From the NCBI RefSeq assembly GCF_006345805.1, contig NW_021834711.1, positions 1 through 62,859 on the forward strand: DNA of 62,859 nt, given 5' to 3'. The stretch comes from Octopus sinensis. Lineage: Eukaryota. The translations under genes were made by a program, and so were the position numbers. The notes under the pieces are model-generated. The model was given only the letters and a program-made list of their open reading frames with translations, did not search any database and was not told the origin of the DNA. Positions 41,085 to 53,006 of this stretch are shown here, piece after piece; the stretch's first letter is position 1, and each line of letters begins with the position of its first letter.

Positions 41085-41616
41085 AATTTATCCAGCTATT
41101 GTGTATCTAGTGCACTCTTCGCCTTGAATGTAATGATATATGAATAATATATGGCGTGTACTGGTACACCGGCGATTATAATTAATTTTATTGTATCGCA
41201 TTTAACTTTGTTTACATATTCTCTCGATAAATTTTTGACCGTTAGACGATATACCACAATCCCCTATTTTGTCGGGTTTGTTCTGAGTCTGCGCAGTGTT
41301 TTGAATAGTTTAGAAAGAGCATTTCAATAGACGCACATGGGTCTATTAATATGGTCTTCCCATAATTAACAGGAATCTTACTGAAGAGCCAGCCTGAGTA
41401 AATAAATATTATTTTCATTACTGAATTTGGCGAAACTGCAGTATAAGAAAAGCTAAGTTTGTAAAAGTTTTTAATTTTCATCTCACTAAATTTATCCAGC
41501 TTTTGTGTATCTAGTGCACTCTTCGCCTTGAATGTAATGATATATGAATAATATATGGCGTGTACTGGTACACCGGCGATTATAATTAATTTTATTGTAT
41601 CGCATTTAACTTTGTT

Positions 41617-41618
<2 letters not shown>
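41085..41618 (+). mobile_element. Retrozyme/Penelope-pLTR-like element: 404-bp unit present as ~1.3 tandem copies
   Basis: A 130-bp direct repeat at 41085-41214 and 41489-41618 (period 404 bp) encloses a hammerhead; no ORF. Confidence 0.8.
41376..41448 (+). ncRNA. Type I hammerhead ribozyme motif, intact core
   Basis: Stem I TCTTA / core CTGAAGA / stem II GCCA...TGGC / GAAA / palindromic stem III CTGCAG / GUA cleavage triplet / stem I' TAAGA. Confidence 0.8.
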
Positions 41619-41659
<41 letters not shown>

Positions 41660-41960
41660 GTGTGTGCGCATGTGTGTGTGCGTGCGCGCGTGTGTGCGTG
41701 CGTGCATGTGTGTATGTATGTATATATGTGTGCATGTGTGTCTTTGTGCTCGCGTTTCCCCATTACCACGGCTTGACAACCAGTGTTGGTTTATTTACGT
41801 CCCCTTATATTACCCATTTGGCAAAGGAGACGAGTAGAATAAACACCCGGCTTTTGAAAGCACTTCAAGGAGGTGCCCCAACATGGCCACAGCTCAATGA
41901 TTTGAAAAAACGAAGAAGAAGAAGAAGAAGAAGAAGAAGAAGAAGAAGAAGAAGAAGAAG

Positions 41961-41991
<31 letters not shown>

Positions 41992-42366
41992 CTTCTGGCA
42001 ATTGAAAGCTTCACCAAGAAGTTGAAGGGACGTATGGCATGGTGTATTCGTAACCTGAGTAGATGGCACCAAACTACAGGCTTATCTATCTGAATCGCGT
42101 ATCAGCAAAATCATGTAACGAATTATCAGAGATTAATTAATCACGTTTATAGAAGAAAATTACTTTCAAACTGACATACAACATGGTACCTGCCTGTATA
42201 AGAACTGTCTCACACAGATTCTGCAACATTACGACTAGAATTTAAAACAGCTATTCAACCATTCCCACTTGAACGTGGGATATCTCGAATTTTCGACGGC
42301 GTTTGATAAGGTTCATCATAGAATGACGTGTCACAAACTGTGAGATTTCATTGGAAAAGTAGAAGA

Positions 42367-42564
42367 GTTCTATATTTAAAAGACGTGGAATTAAGCACAC
42401 TATTTACATTATTTACATTTGACAACTATTTGTCGTTTTGTTTGTTGTCAACACAACTTTTCGGCTGATATACCCTCCAGCCTTCATCAGGTGTCTTGGA
42501 GAACTTTCGAACCTGGGTTCTCATTCCTAAGGTATTTTAGTTGTTGTTATTATTATTATTATTA

Positions 42565-42602
<38 letters not shown>

Positions 42603-42752
42603 TCAATGCCTGGAATCGAACTCGGAATCTTGGGGTTAGTAGACCGCGCTCTTAACTACTACGCCATATGTCCGAGTTCAATTGCAGGCAGTGACCTGAA
42701 TAATAATAATAATGATAATAATAATAATAATAATAATATAATAATAATAATA

Positions 42753-42790
<38 letters not shown>

Positions 42791-42860
42791 AATAATAATA
42801 ACAATAATAATAATAATATTAATATTATTAATAATAATAATAATGATAATAATAATAATA

Positions 42861-42932
<72 letters not shown>

Positions 42933-43176
42933 AGAAGAAGAAGAAGAGAAGAAGAAGAAGAAGAAGAAGAAGAAGAGAGAAGAAGAAGTAAGAAGAAGAA
43001 GAAGAAGAAGAAAAAGAAGAACATCGAAAAATACCTTAGGAATGAGAACCCAGGTTCGAAGTTTCCCCATGACACCTGATGAAGGCTGGAGGGTATATCA
43101 GCCGAAACGTTGTGTTAACAACAAACAAGATCAGGACAAATATCCGTCAAATGTAAATGATGTAAATAATGTAAGT
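42367..43176. mobile_element. tRNA-headed, hammerhead-tailed SINE-like element inserted as an inverted repeat
   Basis: A full copy on the - strand (head 42673 to 42600, (AAT)n, hammerhead, tail to 42367) plus a 5'-truncated inverted copy on the + strand (42671-43176). The TSD aaagtagaaga occurs at 42356-42366 and 43177-43187. Confidence 0.85.
43071..43116 (+). ncRNA. Minimal type I hammerhead ribozyme motif (mirror copy at 42450-42495 on the - strand)
   Basis: GACAC-CTGATGA-A-GGCTG(gagggtatat)CAGCC-GAAAC-GTT-GTGTT; stem III is reduced to the palindrome AACGTT. Confidence 0.7.
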
Positions 43177-43644
43177 AAAGTAGAAGATTTGTTTTCTTGA
43201 CATTTTGAGAGGCAGAACAAAACGACTGCAAGCCAACGGGATTCACTGAAAGGAGACACCAGGGAACTTCTTGGGTCTATTGGCGTTGGTAGAGGGTGTA
43301 TCAGATATACCTGAGTCCTACAGGCAGTCATTCTCCCTAGCTGTCATATTGCGAACCTACGATAAGAGCTAAATGCACACTACAAGTTTTTACGTATATG
43401 TTATTTGTTTTGCAAGAATCTTGATCTGAAATTGCATGGTGAAACAGATATTGTTATATTTTGGGATGGTAGTTTTACTGCTGTTGTTGTTGTTGCCAAA
43501 TAACCACACTTCAGCTGAAGAGGTCACAGGATGTGTGACGAAAGATTTCCAGACAATGGTCACTACAATGAGAATAATAATGAAAGCTGAAGTGCGTGTG
43601 GTTATTTGGAAAAAAAGAATGACCAGGCGTGATTGTGTGGTAAG

Positions 43645-44187
43645 AAGGCGAGCTGGCAGAGACGGTAGCACGCCAGGCGAAATGCTTAGCGGTATTTTGT
43701 CTGCCGCTACGTTCTGAGTTCAAATTCCGCCGAGGTCGACTTTGCCTTTCATCCTTTCGAGGTCGATTAATAAGTACCAGTTACGCACTGGGTCGATATA
43801 ATCGACTTAATCCGTTTGTCTGTCCTTGTTTGTCCTCTCTGTGTTTAGCCCCTTGTGGGTAGTAAAGAAATAGTTATTTCGTCTGCCGCTACGTCCTGAG
43901 TTCAAATTCCGCCGAGGTCGACTTTGCCTTTCATCCTTTCGGGGTCGATAAATTAAGTACCAGTTACGCACTGGGGTCGATATAATCGACTTAATCCCTT
44001 TATCTGTCCTTGTTTGTCTCCACTATGTTTAGCCCCTTGTGGGCAATAGAGAAATAAGAAACGTTAGCACGCCGGGCGAAATGCTTAGCGGTATTTCATC
44101 TGCCGTTACGTTCTGAGTTCAAATTCCGCCGAGGTCTGTCCTTGCTTGTCCCCTTTGTGTGTAGCCCCTTGTCGGCAGTAAAGAAAT
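43645..44187 (+). mobile_element. Tandem array of three SINE-B tail-1 units inserted in a SINE-A head
   Basis: Units restart at ~43873 (ttatttcgtctgcc) and ~44058 (gaaacgttagcacg). The flanks gtgtggtaagaag | taagaagcttgcttccc reconstitute a SINE-A head. Confidence 0.88.
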
Positions 44188-44795
44188 AAGAAGCTTGCTT
44201 CCCAGCATCATGGTTCTAGATTTAGTCCCACTGCGTTGCATCTTGGGCGAGTGTCTTCTACAATAGCCTCGGGCCGGCCCAAACCATGGTAATGGATTGG
44301 CAGACGGAAACTGGAAGAAGTCCGTCGTATAGGAGGTGTGAAATTATAATGACTTTCCAATAACCGACTGATGAGGAAACCTGCTGTGAAAAGTTCGTGT
44401 ATCTTGTTTCTGTCCTGTTTGTCATTTGTTATGTTACCGTCTATTTCTCCGCATGTTGTGTTTTGTTCAATTCCTCTCGTCATGTTCTCTTTGTCCTACC
44501 TTTGATTTATATATGTATGTGTGTGTGTATGTGCGTGTGTGCGTTTGTGTGTGTATGTGTATGTAGACCTATGTGGGTGTGTTTTGTGTCTGTGTTTGTC
44601 CCCATGTCACCACTTGACAACCGATGTTGGTGTGTTTATGTCCCCATATCTTAGTAGTTCAGCAAAATGGACCGGTAGAATAAGTACTGGGGTTTAAAAA
44701 AAGTCCCGCGGTCAATTTGTTCGACTAAAGTCCTTCAAGCTGGTGCCCCAGCATGGCCGCAGTCAAATGACTGAAATAAGTGAAAGACTAAAAGA
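44188..44795 (+). mobile_element. Remainder of the SINE-A copy, with a ~175-bp foreign insert at ~44332-44507
   Basis: The head continues to gtccgtcgtat; the tail follows the (TG)n tract. Confidence 0.8.
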
Positions 44796-45427
44796 AAAGG
44801 GACCCCAAATATAACAACATATAATTTAATGCTGAAAAATTCCAAAAACTTCTATTTCGGTTCACAGACATCAGAATGAGGGCCGGGAGGATTACATTGA
44901 GCGTGTGACAAGGGAGGACCCTTTAGTAATGCAGCAACATTTGAAGTTAACATTACTAAGATGGCAAAGATGTACAGAAAGCGAGTGAGATAGATTCTGA
45001 TACCATTACGAAAGAGACAGCAAGAAACTATGTTGTTTCTATGACGAGCATTGGTCCTCAGCTGTCTTGATTAATGCTGGCAAATAGAAAGAACCCAACT
45101 TTGCTACACAAAGGAAATAGCCTCAATGCAACAGTTGAGTTACTGGCAGAATCTAACCCCGCCCAATAAGAAATTACATTCGGGCGTGGAGATTCTTGAT
45201 GTGCTGGATAATTCGCTATGTGACATCCCAGATGCAGCAACATCATAAAAAACGAATTTTCGCCCATGTTGTGCCTTCATTGATGTACATATTGATATAA
45301 AACGGGCAAACACACACACACACACTAACACACACGCACACACACACTAACACACACACACAAACACGCACATACACATATACGCAATAAGAGGTTCCTT
45401 CTCCTCTGCCGTCTTTGTGTGTATAGG

Positions 45428-45641
45428 TAGGGATGCCGAATTTTTTCTGGCTTTAGGTAAAAGACAATACAGGAGGATCGGTTAATTATAATTTTATTCA
45501 ACATATTCCCCTCTCAAATTCACCATTTTTGCAATGGTCTTTCACTTTTCTAAACCCTGTAAAAGAACTCGGAAGTTTGGTTTTCCAGCCAAGCCTCTCG
45601 TGACACCCTTAAAGCCAGGAACTCCTCAGCACTCCTTCGTA
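45428..45641 (-). mobile_element. ~215-bp mariner-derived MITE
   Basis: Reverse complement of the 47739-47958 element; ends ...cagcactccttcgTA. Confidence 0.7.
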
Positions 45642-46333
45642 GAGCAACACCTGCCTACAACTGGTCAGTTACTGGTCATTCGCTAATAGATTCCACTGGA
45701 GGCAAATCTTATTTTATCAATTCTTATATGATTTGGAGCTATTCAGAAACGCTTTTTGGTGGTCAATAAATATTTGTTACATATATTTTGTGACGTGAGA
45801 TTATTCTTGGCCTTAAATGTGCTATATATTTTTATGTTGAAAATGTCGATACACTTAGCATTATTTTTATAGCAACTGGCGTTCTCTTGTGAAAAGTGTA
45901 TCCCTGAGACGCAAACCGCGTGGGTGTCTAATACATTCCAATCTCCTGTGTTCTTGACGCTTTGCATAAATATATATATATATATATGTATGTATATATA
46001 TGCATGTATGTATCTATGTATATGTGTTTGTATGTATGTGCGTATATACACTCACATAGATATACACATATATATATATATGTAGATATATACATGCATG
46101 TATATATACATATATATATGTATTTATGTATATATATCTTTTGTGCGTGTGTGTGTGTGCGTGCATGTGTGTGCGTGCGTGTGTGTGCATGGACGAGTGA
46201 GTAGACAAACGAAAGAAAGGCACTCAACACATTCAACACATTTATTTGGAGTTGTATGTATGGATCAAGATAGTTTCATCCATATATATATATATATATA
46301 TATGTATACACACACACACACACATACACACAA

Positions 46334-46365
<32 letters not shown>

Positions 46366-46410
46366 GTGCGTGTGCATACATACACACACACGCACGCACA
46401 CACACATATA

Positions 46411-46602
46411 CTCTTTTACTCATTTACTTGTTTCAATCATTTGACTGCGGCCATGCTGGAGCACCGCCTTTAGTCGATCAAATCGACCCCGGGACTTATT
46501 CTTTGTAAGCCCAGTACTTATTCTATCGGTCTCTTTTGCCGAACCGGGGACGTAAACACACCAGCATCGGTTGTCAAGCGATGTTGGGGGGACAAACACA
46601 GA
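46411..46602 (-). mobile_element. SINE family A, 3' half
   Basis: Tail through ggggacaaacacagac. Confidence 0.85.
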
Positions 46603-46614
46603 CCCCCCCCCCCT

Positions 46615-47240
46615 TGTAAGAAGCAAGATTAGGTTAATCCGTGGAAAGGAAAGCCTACGGAAAGGACCACGGTAAACTCAGGCAGGGAGGGAATAAACAC
46701 ATAAGAGCAAAGAGCTCTCTCTCTCTCTCTCTTTTCGATTTACAGGATCATGCTCAAAGTGGTTTCGTCACTCGCCCGCACCATTTTTGCTACATTCACC
46801 CACCTTTTTTGAAACCTTCACGTAACAAACCTGCCTCTCCATTCTCACCTTCTCTTTCAAGTTGTACTTGAAAAAGTTGATGAGCGATTGGCCAAAGAGG
46901 TAAGTGTTTGTCTCTAATCCTTTCTCTCGAGTCAACCACACGCATTCTTTCACCATGGCCACCAGTACGATGAAGATTGCCTTGCCTTCCCGGTTGAGAG
47001 GTGGCGGAGAAATTGCCACAATAGACTCGGCCGACAGGCGGACTCGTCCCACACGTGACACCAGCCGTTCGGGATAAACTCACAGGACCAAAATGGTTGG
47101 AGACTGTACGAGTGCGTGCAGAATGGTTTCGTCGCTCTGACCGCATCTCGTGCATATCAGTCTTGTGCATCTCGAACCGTGCCTGTAGAGCTTATCCCGA
47201 ACAGGTAATGCTTCTCGATAGCACTGCCAGGGATCTTTGG
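46615..47240 (-). mobile_element. Tx1-type LINE 3' fragment (zf-RVT region), related to 14112-19944
   Basis: WQCYREALPVRDKLYRHGS...CTRCGQSDETILHALVQ and RLSAESIV...MVKECVW. Confidence 0.88.
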
Positions 47241-47307
47241 TGATTGTCCATAGGTTAGCTACATAGATAAAGTGATAAACAGACAGATAAAACATACAAA
47301 AACCAAA

Positions 47308-47343
<36 letters not shown>

Positions 47344-47608
47344 TAAATAAAACATATGCATATATACATACATATATGTACGTACCTACCTCTACATGTA
47401 TATATACGTGCATATATGGGTACAGGACACCAAAAAAAAAAAAAATAAACGCCGAACACAATGATAAACGAAAACATAAACACAAAACCAAGGAACTGAA
47501 CATTTTTCTTAAACAACGAAAAAATAGAGTACAGGACAAATAACACAAGGAAAATCCCCGTTCTTTAGTCGCCATGGTTTCATCTACTCTGCGTTTCGAA
47601 GGTGAAGG

Positions 47609-47958
<350 letters not shown>

Positions 47959-48739
47959 GATAGATAGATAGATAGATAGACAGACAAAAAATAGTTAGCT
48001 AAGATAGATAGAGAGATAGAGATGTTCTTGCAATCAAGGAAATCCAGCATGGTTCATATCGTTATATAGAGGTGACGTCCTATCTGATCACGTCGTATCA
48101 TTACGTGTTAAATCTGCCAAGCAGCTCCCTCAGAAACTATGTCTAGCTACCAACCAACTAAACCCAAAATAGACAAACCTTAATAAAAAGTTGCCAATAA
48201 AAATTCAACAAACAAACAAGCCAACAAACAAATAAACAAACAGCCAACAATAACACGAAAACAAGCAGTCGAGTTTGTAGAGGAGCCTATGACGATTAGA
48301 AATAGCAGCTATATCTTCAAATTATAATGAACGGTCTTGTTAAGGCCGGGCATTTCCCAGAATGTAGTTCATTGTTTAAATGAAAATAAACAGCGCCGCC
48401 GCCGCCGCCGCCGCCACTTCCGCCGCCTCCACTTCCGCCGCCACCACTACCTCTGCCACTATCAACATCACCACTACCACTAACCTCATCATATCCACAT
48501 TCTAAACTATCTCCATCACAGACAGAAACAACTACACCCCTCCCACTCATTCTGTCAACCACCATCTTCACAACTACTATCACCCACCACCACCACCACC
48601 ACCACCACCACTACCACCACTACCACCATCATCATCACCACGTCAATACTGCCTCCATCGCCATCATATACATGCGTTTCTTTTTGTGTGTGTGTGCATG
48701 TATGTCTGTGTGTCTGTGTGTATGTGAGGATGTGAGCCT

Positions 48740-48775
<36 letters not shown>

Positions 48776-49214
48776 GAAAAACAAACCCTCTAGAATATGT
48801 AATAGTTTTTATTTTGATAGAAGTTAAAATATAGCATTCGTATGGATTGAAAGCCGCAAATATGGCCCTTTGGTTATGAAGTACAATTCGCTCATTATAG
48901 ATTTCTTCTCTTTTTCTTAAAGTCGATCCCACTGTACAACACCTTTGCTAAATGTTTTCCATCGTAGCTTCGGGCTGAACAAATCCAGGCGAGCAAAATT
49001 TGGTAAGAGGGAACTATATAGAAGAAAAGGTAGAGTCCAGAGTAATCCATAGGTAGGAGAGGTGCAGCCGGAGGGTAAAAAGTCCAAAAGAGAATCCGTA
49101 AAGGGTAGAAAGGTAGAAAGTCAAGTGGAGAAGTTCGTGGGTGATAAGAGGGGACAGGATCAACTGGTGCAACCATACACACATTTTTTTCTCTCCTTGT
49201 TTCTGTCTGTGTTC

Positions 49215-49250
49215 CTTTCTGTGGAAGAGCGTAGGCTCGAAACGTAAAAG
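49215..49250 (+). ncRNA. Variant minimal hammerhead-like motif
   Basis: CTTT-CTGTGGA-A-GAGC(gtag)GCTC-GAAAC-GTA-AAAG; the core deviates from CUGANGA. Confidence 0.45.
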
Positions 49251-50366
49251 ACATTTTCAATTCCCGAGCGTTATACTAATACATCTATATGAAGCACATC
49301 GTAGGGATAAACTGAAATAAAAGTTAAGATGATTGTGGTGATTGTGGTAATGTCAGAAAAATATCTGTATATGCATGCGTCCTCTAGTTGGTCGCATAAT
49401 TTGCTAGAAATAGGGACGAAGTTCTCCCAAATTACAGGCCAACCATTGTTTTAGTACAGAAAAGTGACACGTTAGATAATGAGCTCCTGTATTTCTTACA
49501 AATAAGAAATAAAGATACTTTCATGGAGGGGAAAGTCTTTATCCATAGGTTGGCTCGTTGAAACGGATGTAGTGCTAGCTACCATTAACAATAGCACAGA
49601 TTTCACAATTTAAAAATAAGATTACTGCCATATTTGTTAATAGAATTACTAAACAGCGAGGAAGGCTCTAATTCAGATGTAGACAAGGCCTTTCGGGAAG
49701 CGGGCCGCATGGCTCATAACTCATCATCACTATTAAAAACATTCAATGTAATTTTTTTAGGTGTGTCATTCGGAAAGTCTCGCGGGCCGCAGTTTGACGA
49801 TAACTGTTACAATTGGTCACACGACCTTTCCTGTTTGAGACAACATCCAGATAACTCTTAAAACATACAACCGTCTTTAAAAGACCGCAAGATCGAGGTT
49901 TCGATTTCCAGAACGGAAGAAGCATTCTGCTCTTGAACAAAGCACTTGATTTCACTTCAGTCCTCTCAACGGGAAGTGAACCTGCTACGAGCTGACACCC
50001 TGTTTAGGCAGGAGTGGGGTTAGGATCTATCACTTACGAGTCGCTTATGTGTCATGGAAGCCTAGTAACCAGTCTTACGAGGCTTAGCATTCGAGATGAT
50101 TCTTAATTAAAAGAAGAAAACTATGCATGACTTAATATAAACCTAAATATGCTACTACTGATTAAAAAAAGGCATGATATCCTTTTATTCTTTTATTCTT
50201 TTATTTATTTCAGTCAGTTGACTGCTGTCATACTAGAGCACCAAATATGAACGAGTAGATTATGGTGATGGCCATATCTGGAATATTTATCCTCATGGAT
50301 CTACATGAATGTGTTTTATAGAAGGTCAAGAAAACAAGAGAATTTATATATATATTTTTATATATA

Positions 50367-50404
<38 letters not shown>

Positions 50405-50410
<6 letters not shown>

Positions 50411-50607
50411 ACCTCGTGTGTACCGTTGGCGATTTTTTCTCCTCTGTCTTCCTTTCTCGGGATCTTTCCTTCTCCTATGTTTCCGACGAAGAGCTCCGCT
50501 CGAAACGTTAAATCCTCCTTCTTCCCTTCTTTCCTGAGCGTCCAATAATACTATATTTGTTCCACGTCCTCGCGTTGTTGTTGTTTTTTGTGTTTTCTTG
50601 TTTGGAT

Positions 50608-50612
<5 letters not shown>
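50405..50612 (+). mobile_element. Short repeat in (TA)n carrying a variant hammerhead-like motif (50480-50512)
   Basis: TTT-CCGACGA-A-GAGC(tcc)GCTC-GAAAC-GTT-AAA; (TA)n on both flanks. Confidence 0.5.
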
Positions 50613-50665
<53 letters not shown>

Positions 50666-51128
50666 CATATATACATATAAAACATTAATTTTTCTAATAC
50701 GTTATTTTTCAAAAACCGTTATAAAACCTCATTAAGATTTTTCCTTTGTGAGACATAAAAGATTTTCAGAGGGTAACGTCCTTTCTCTATGTACGTGGGT
50801 AGATGATGAATAGTCGTTTAAACGGTAGAATGCGCAATCAATTAAAAGAAAATGCAGCAATAACATTTAATGACTCGGAGCTTTGCACCTGTAAATTAGA
50901 TAGCACATGCTATATATATATATATATATAAATAATATATAAATATATGCATATATACATACATATATGTAGATACCTACATATATAAGTATATATACAT
51001 GCATATATGGGTAGAGGACAAAAAAAAACGTTGAAAATGAGAAACGAGACATGCAACATAAAGAATATTCCCCCTTTCAGTTGTCCCTTATATATATATA
51101 TATTATATATATATATAATATATATATA

Positions 51129-51172
<44 letters not shown>

Positions 51173-51528
51173 GTGTGTATGTATGTTTATGTATGTATAT
51201 ATGTATATGTATATAAATACGCATACACAAACACATTAAATTATGCGTATATATATATATACATATGTATATGTATGTATATAAATATATAAATAATAAG
51301 GGTGTTTTGTATGTGTGTGTGTGTGTGTGCGAGTGTGTGAGTGTGTGTGTATATGTGTCTGGGTGTTTGTATGTATGTATACGTATATTCATTGTACACC
51401 AAATGAAATACAAACGAACATACACAAACCTAAAAACACGTAGTCGTCATTATGCATGTATCTGTAAATGTGTTCGTGCGTATATAAATAAATATGCATG
51501 CACATATATGTATATAAGTGTATGTTAT

Positions 51529-51685
51529 AGGCGCATGCGTGGTGGCGTGGTTATAAGCTTGTTTCTCAACCACATGTTTCCGGGTTCAGTTTCACTGCGT
51601 GGCACCTTGGGCAAGTGTCTTCTACTATAGTCTCGGGCCGACCAAAGCCTTGTGAGTGGTAAACGAAAGCCGAAAGAAGCCAGTC

Positions 51686-51729
<44 letters not shown>

Positions 51730-51809
51730 TATATATATATCTGTGTATATATGTAGGTATATATATATGTATATATATATATATATGTATATATATATGT
51801 ATATATATG

Positions 51810-51854
<45 letters not shown>

Positions 51855-51921
51855 GTATATATAAATATATATTCATATATATATACATACATATATATCC
51901 AAACGCACACACACAAAAACG

Positions 51922-51955
<34 letters not shown>

Positions 51956-52134
51956 CATACATATATATATTTATGTCTGTGCTTGTTCCCCCACCATCGC
52001 TTGATAATCGATTTTGGTGAGAATCGTTAGAATAAGTACTAGGCCTACAAAGAATAAGTCCTGCGGTCGATTTGTTTGACGAAAGGCAGTGCTCCAGCAT
52101 GGCTACAGTGAAATGACTGAAACAAATAAAAGAA
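51529..52134 (+). mobile_element. SINE family A with an expanded internal microsatellite
   Basis: Head at 51529-51688, ~280 bp of (TA)/(CA), tail to 52134. Confidence 0.85.
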
Positions 52135-52162
52135 TTATCAAAAAAGAGTATATGGAACACAC

Positions 52163-52988
52163 ACGCACAAAAAGTAACCGGAAACGTGGCCTGTTGGACA
52201 AGCCCGTTGTAGTTCAGGCTTCTACCGCGAGAAGCCACTTGATGCGACCCTCAGGCATCCATTTGCCGACTGGTATCGTTGGGTGGAGTCCTACTGCCAC
52301 ATGGTACGTCTCTGTTTTTCCGTGTTTCTCCCCTGTTCGTCGATTTTTGCTATGGCTGAAACGAAGCGACAGCGTGAGTCCGTGAAATTCTGATGAAAAC
52401 GGCGCCCGAAAGAGTTGTCATGCTTCAAACAGATTATAAGGATGCTGCCGTGAGAAAAATGACAAGTTTACGAGTGGTTTTCAAGCTTTAGGAATGGTCA
52501 ATGTCGCTTGAAGATCAACCTCGCTCAGAACGACCGTCGACCTCCTGAACGAATGAGAAAACATCACGAAAATTCATGAATTGATCTTGGAGGACCGTCG
52601 CCGAAAATCGACGACCTTCTTGATATGAGTGGTGCTCCTGCCAACGAAATTTGAGCGAACGAAAAGAGTTGCAGCAAAATTTGTGCCTCGCTTGCTCACA
52701 GAAGATCAAAAGCAGTGACGACTGAAAGAACAGTTAGAAGTTGACCCGAACGATTTATCGGAAGCTGGTGCTGCGGTATTTGCAGATGTGGAGGAGGTGA
52801 AGAAAAAACGACGGAGGCGTTTGAAGGTATCACTTCGCACGAGTTCCGGACTTCTTCGAATAGTAGCGCTTGGAACGATGCATTGCTTCCAATGGAGAAT
52901 ACTTTGAAGACGATAAATGTGTGAACATGTAAAACTAAGTGAATAAAATAACATTGCAAAATTCAAGTTCCTTTTGGGTACCCCTCAT
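52163..52988 (+). mobile_element. Internally deleted mariner element
   Basis: VYEWFSSFRNG, SLEDQPRSERPSTS and RVAAKFVPRLLTEDQK; the 3' end is ...tactttgaagacgataaa...tttgggtacccctcA. Confidence 0.8.
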
Positions 52989-53006
52989 ATGAATATATAT
53001 ATATAT

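Larger units (their letters stand above)
40937..41905 (+). mobile_element. SINE family A interrupted by the hammerhead-bearing element
   Basis: Head at ~40937-41065; microsatellite and tail at ~41620-41905. Confidence 0.75.
42070..43340 (+). mobile_element. Old CR1-type RT fragment, split by the 42367-43176 insertion
   Basis: NYR..., QHG...CLTQILQHYD and YLEFSTAFDKVHH lie to the left. LRGRTKRLQANG and a PQGT.LG-like stretch lie to the right. Confidence 0.65.

Noticed and set aside
42600-42673. Functional tRNA gene
   Set aside because: It has A/B boxes but poor acceptor and anticodon stems, and is part of a repeated, TSD-bounded element.
44366-44400. Hammerhead at ctgatgaggaaacctgctgtgaaa (also ctgatgaac at ~5999)
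   Set aside because: Core words are present but stems II/III cannot be paired; at most these are decayed relics.
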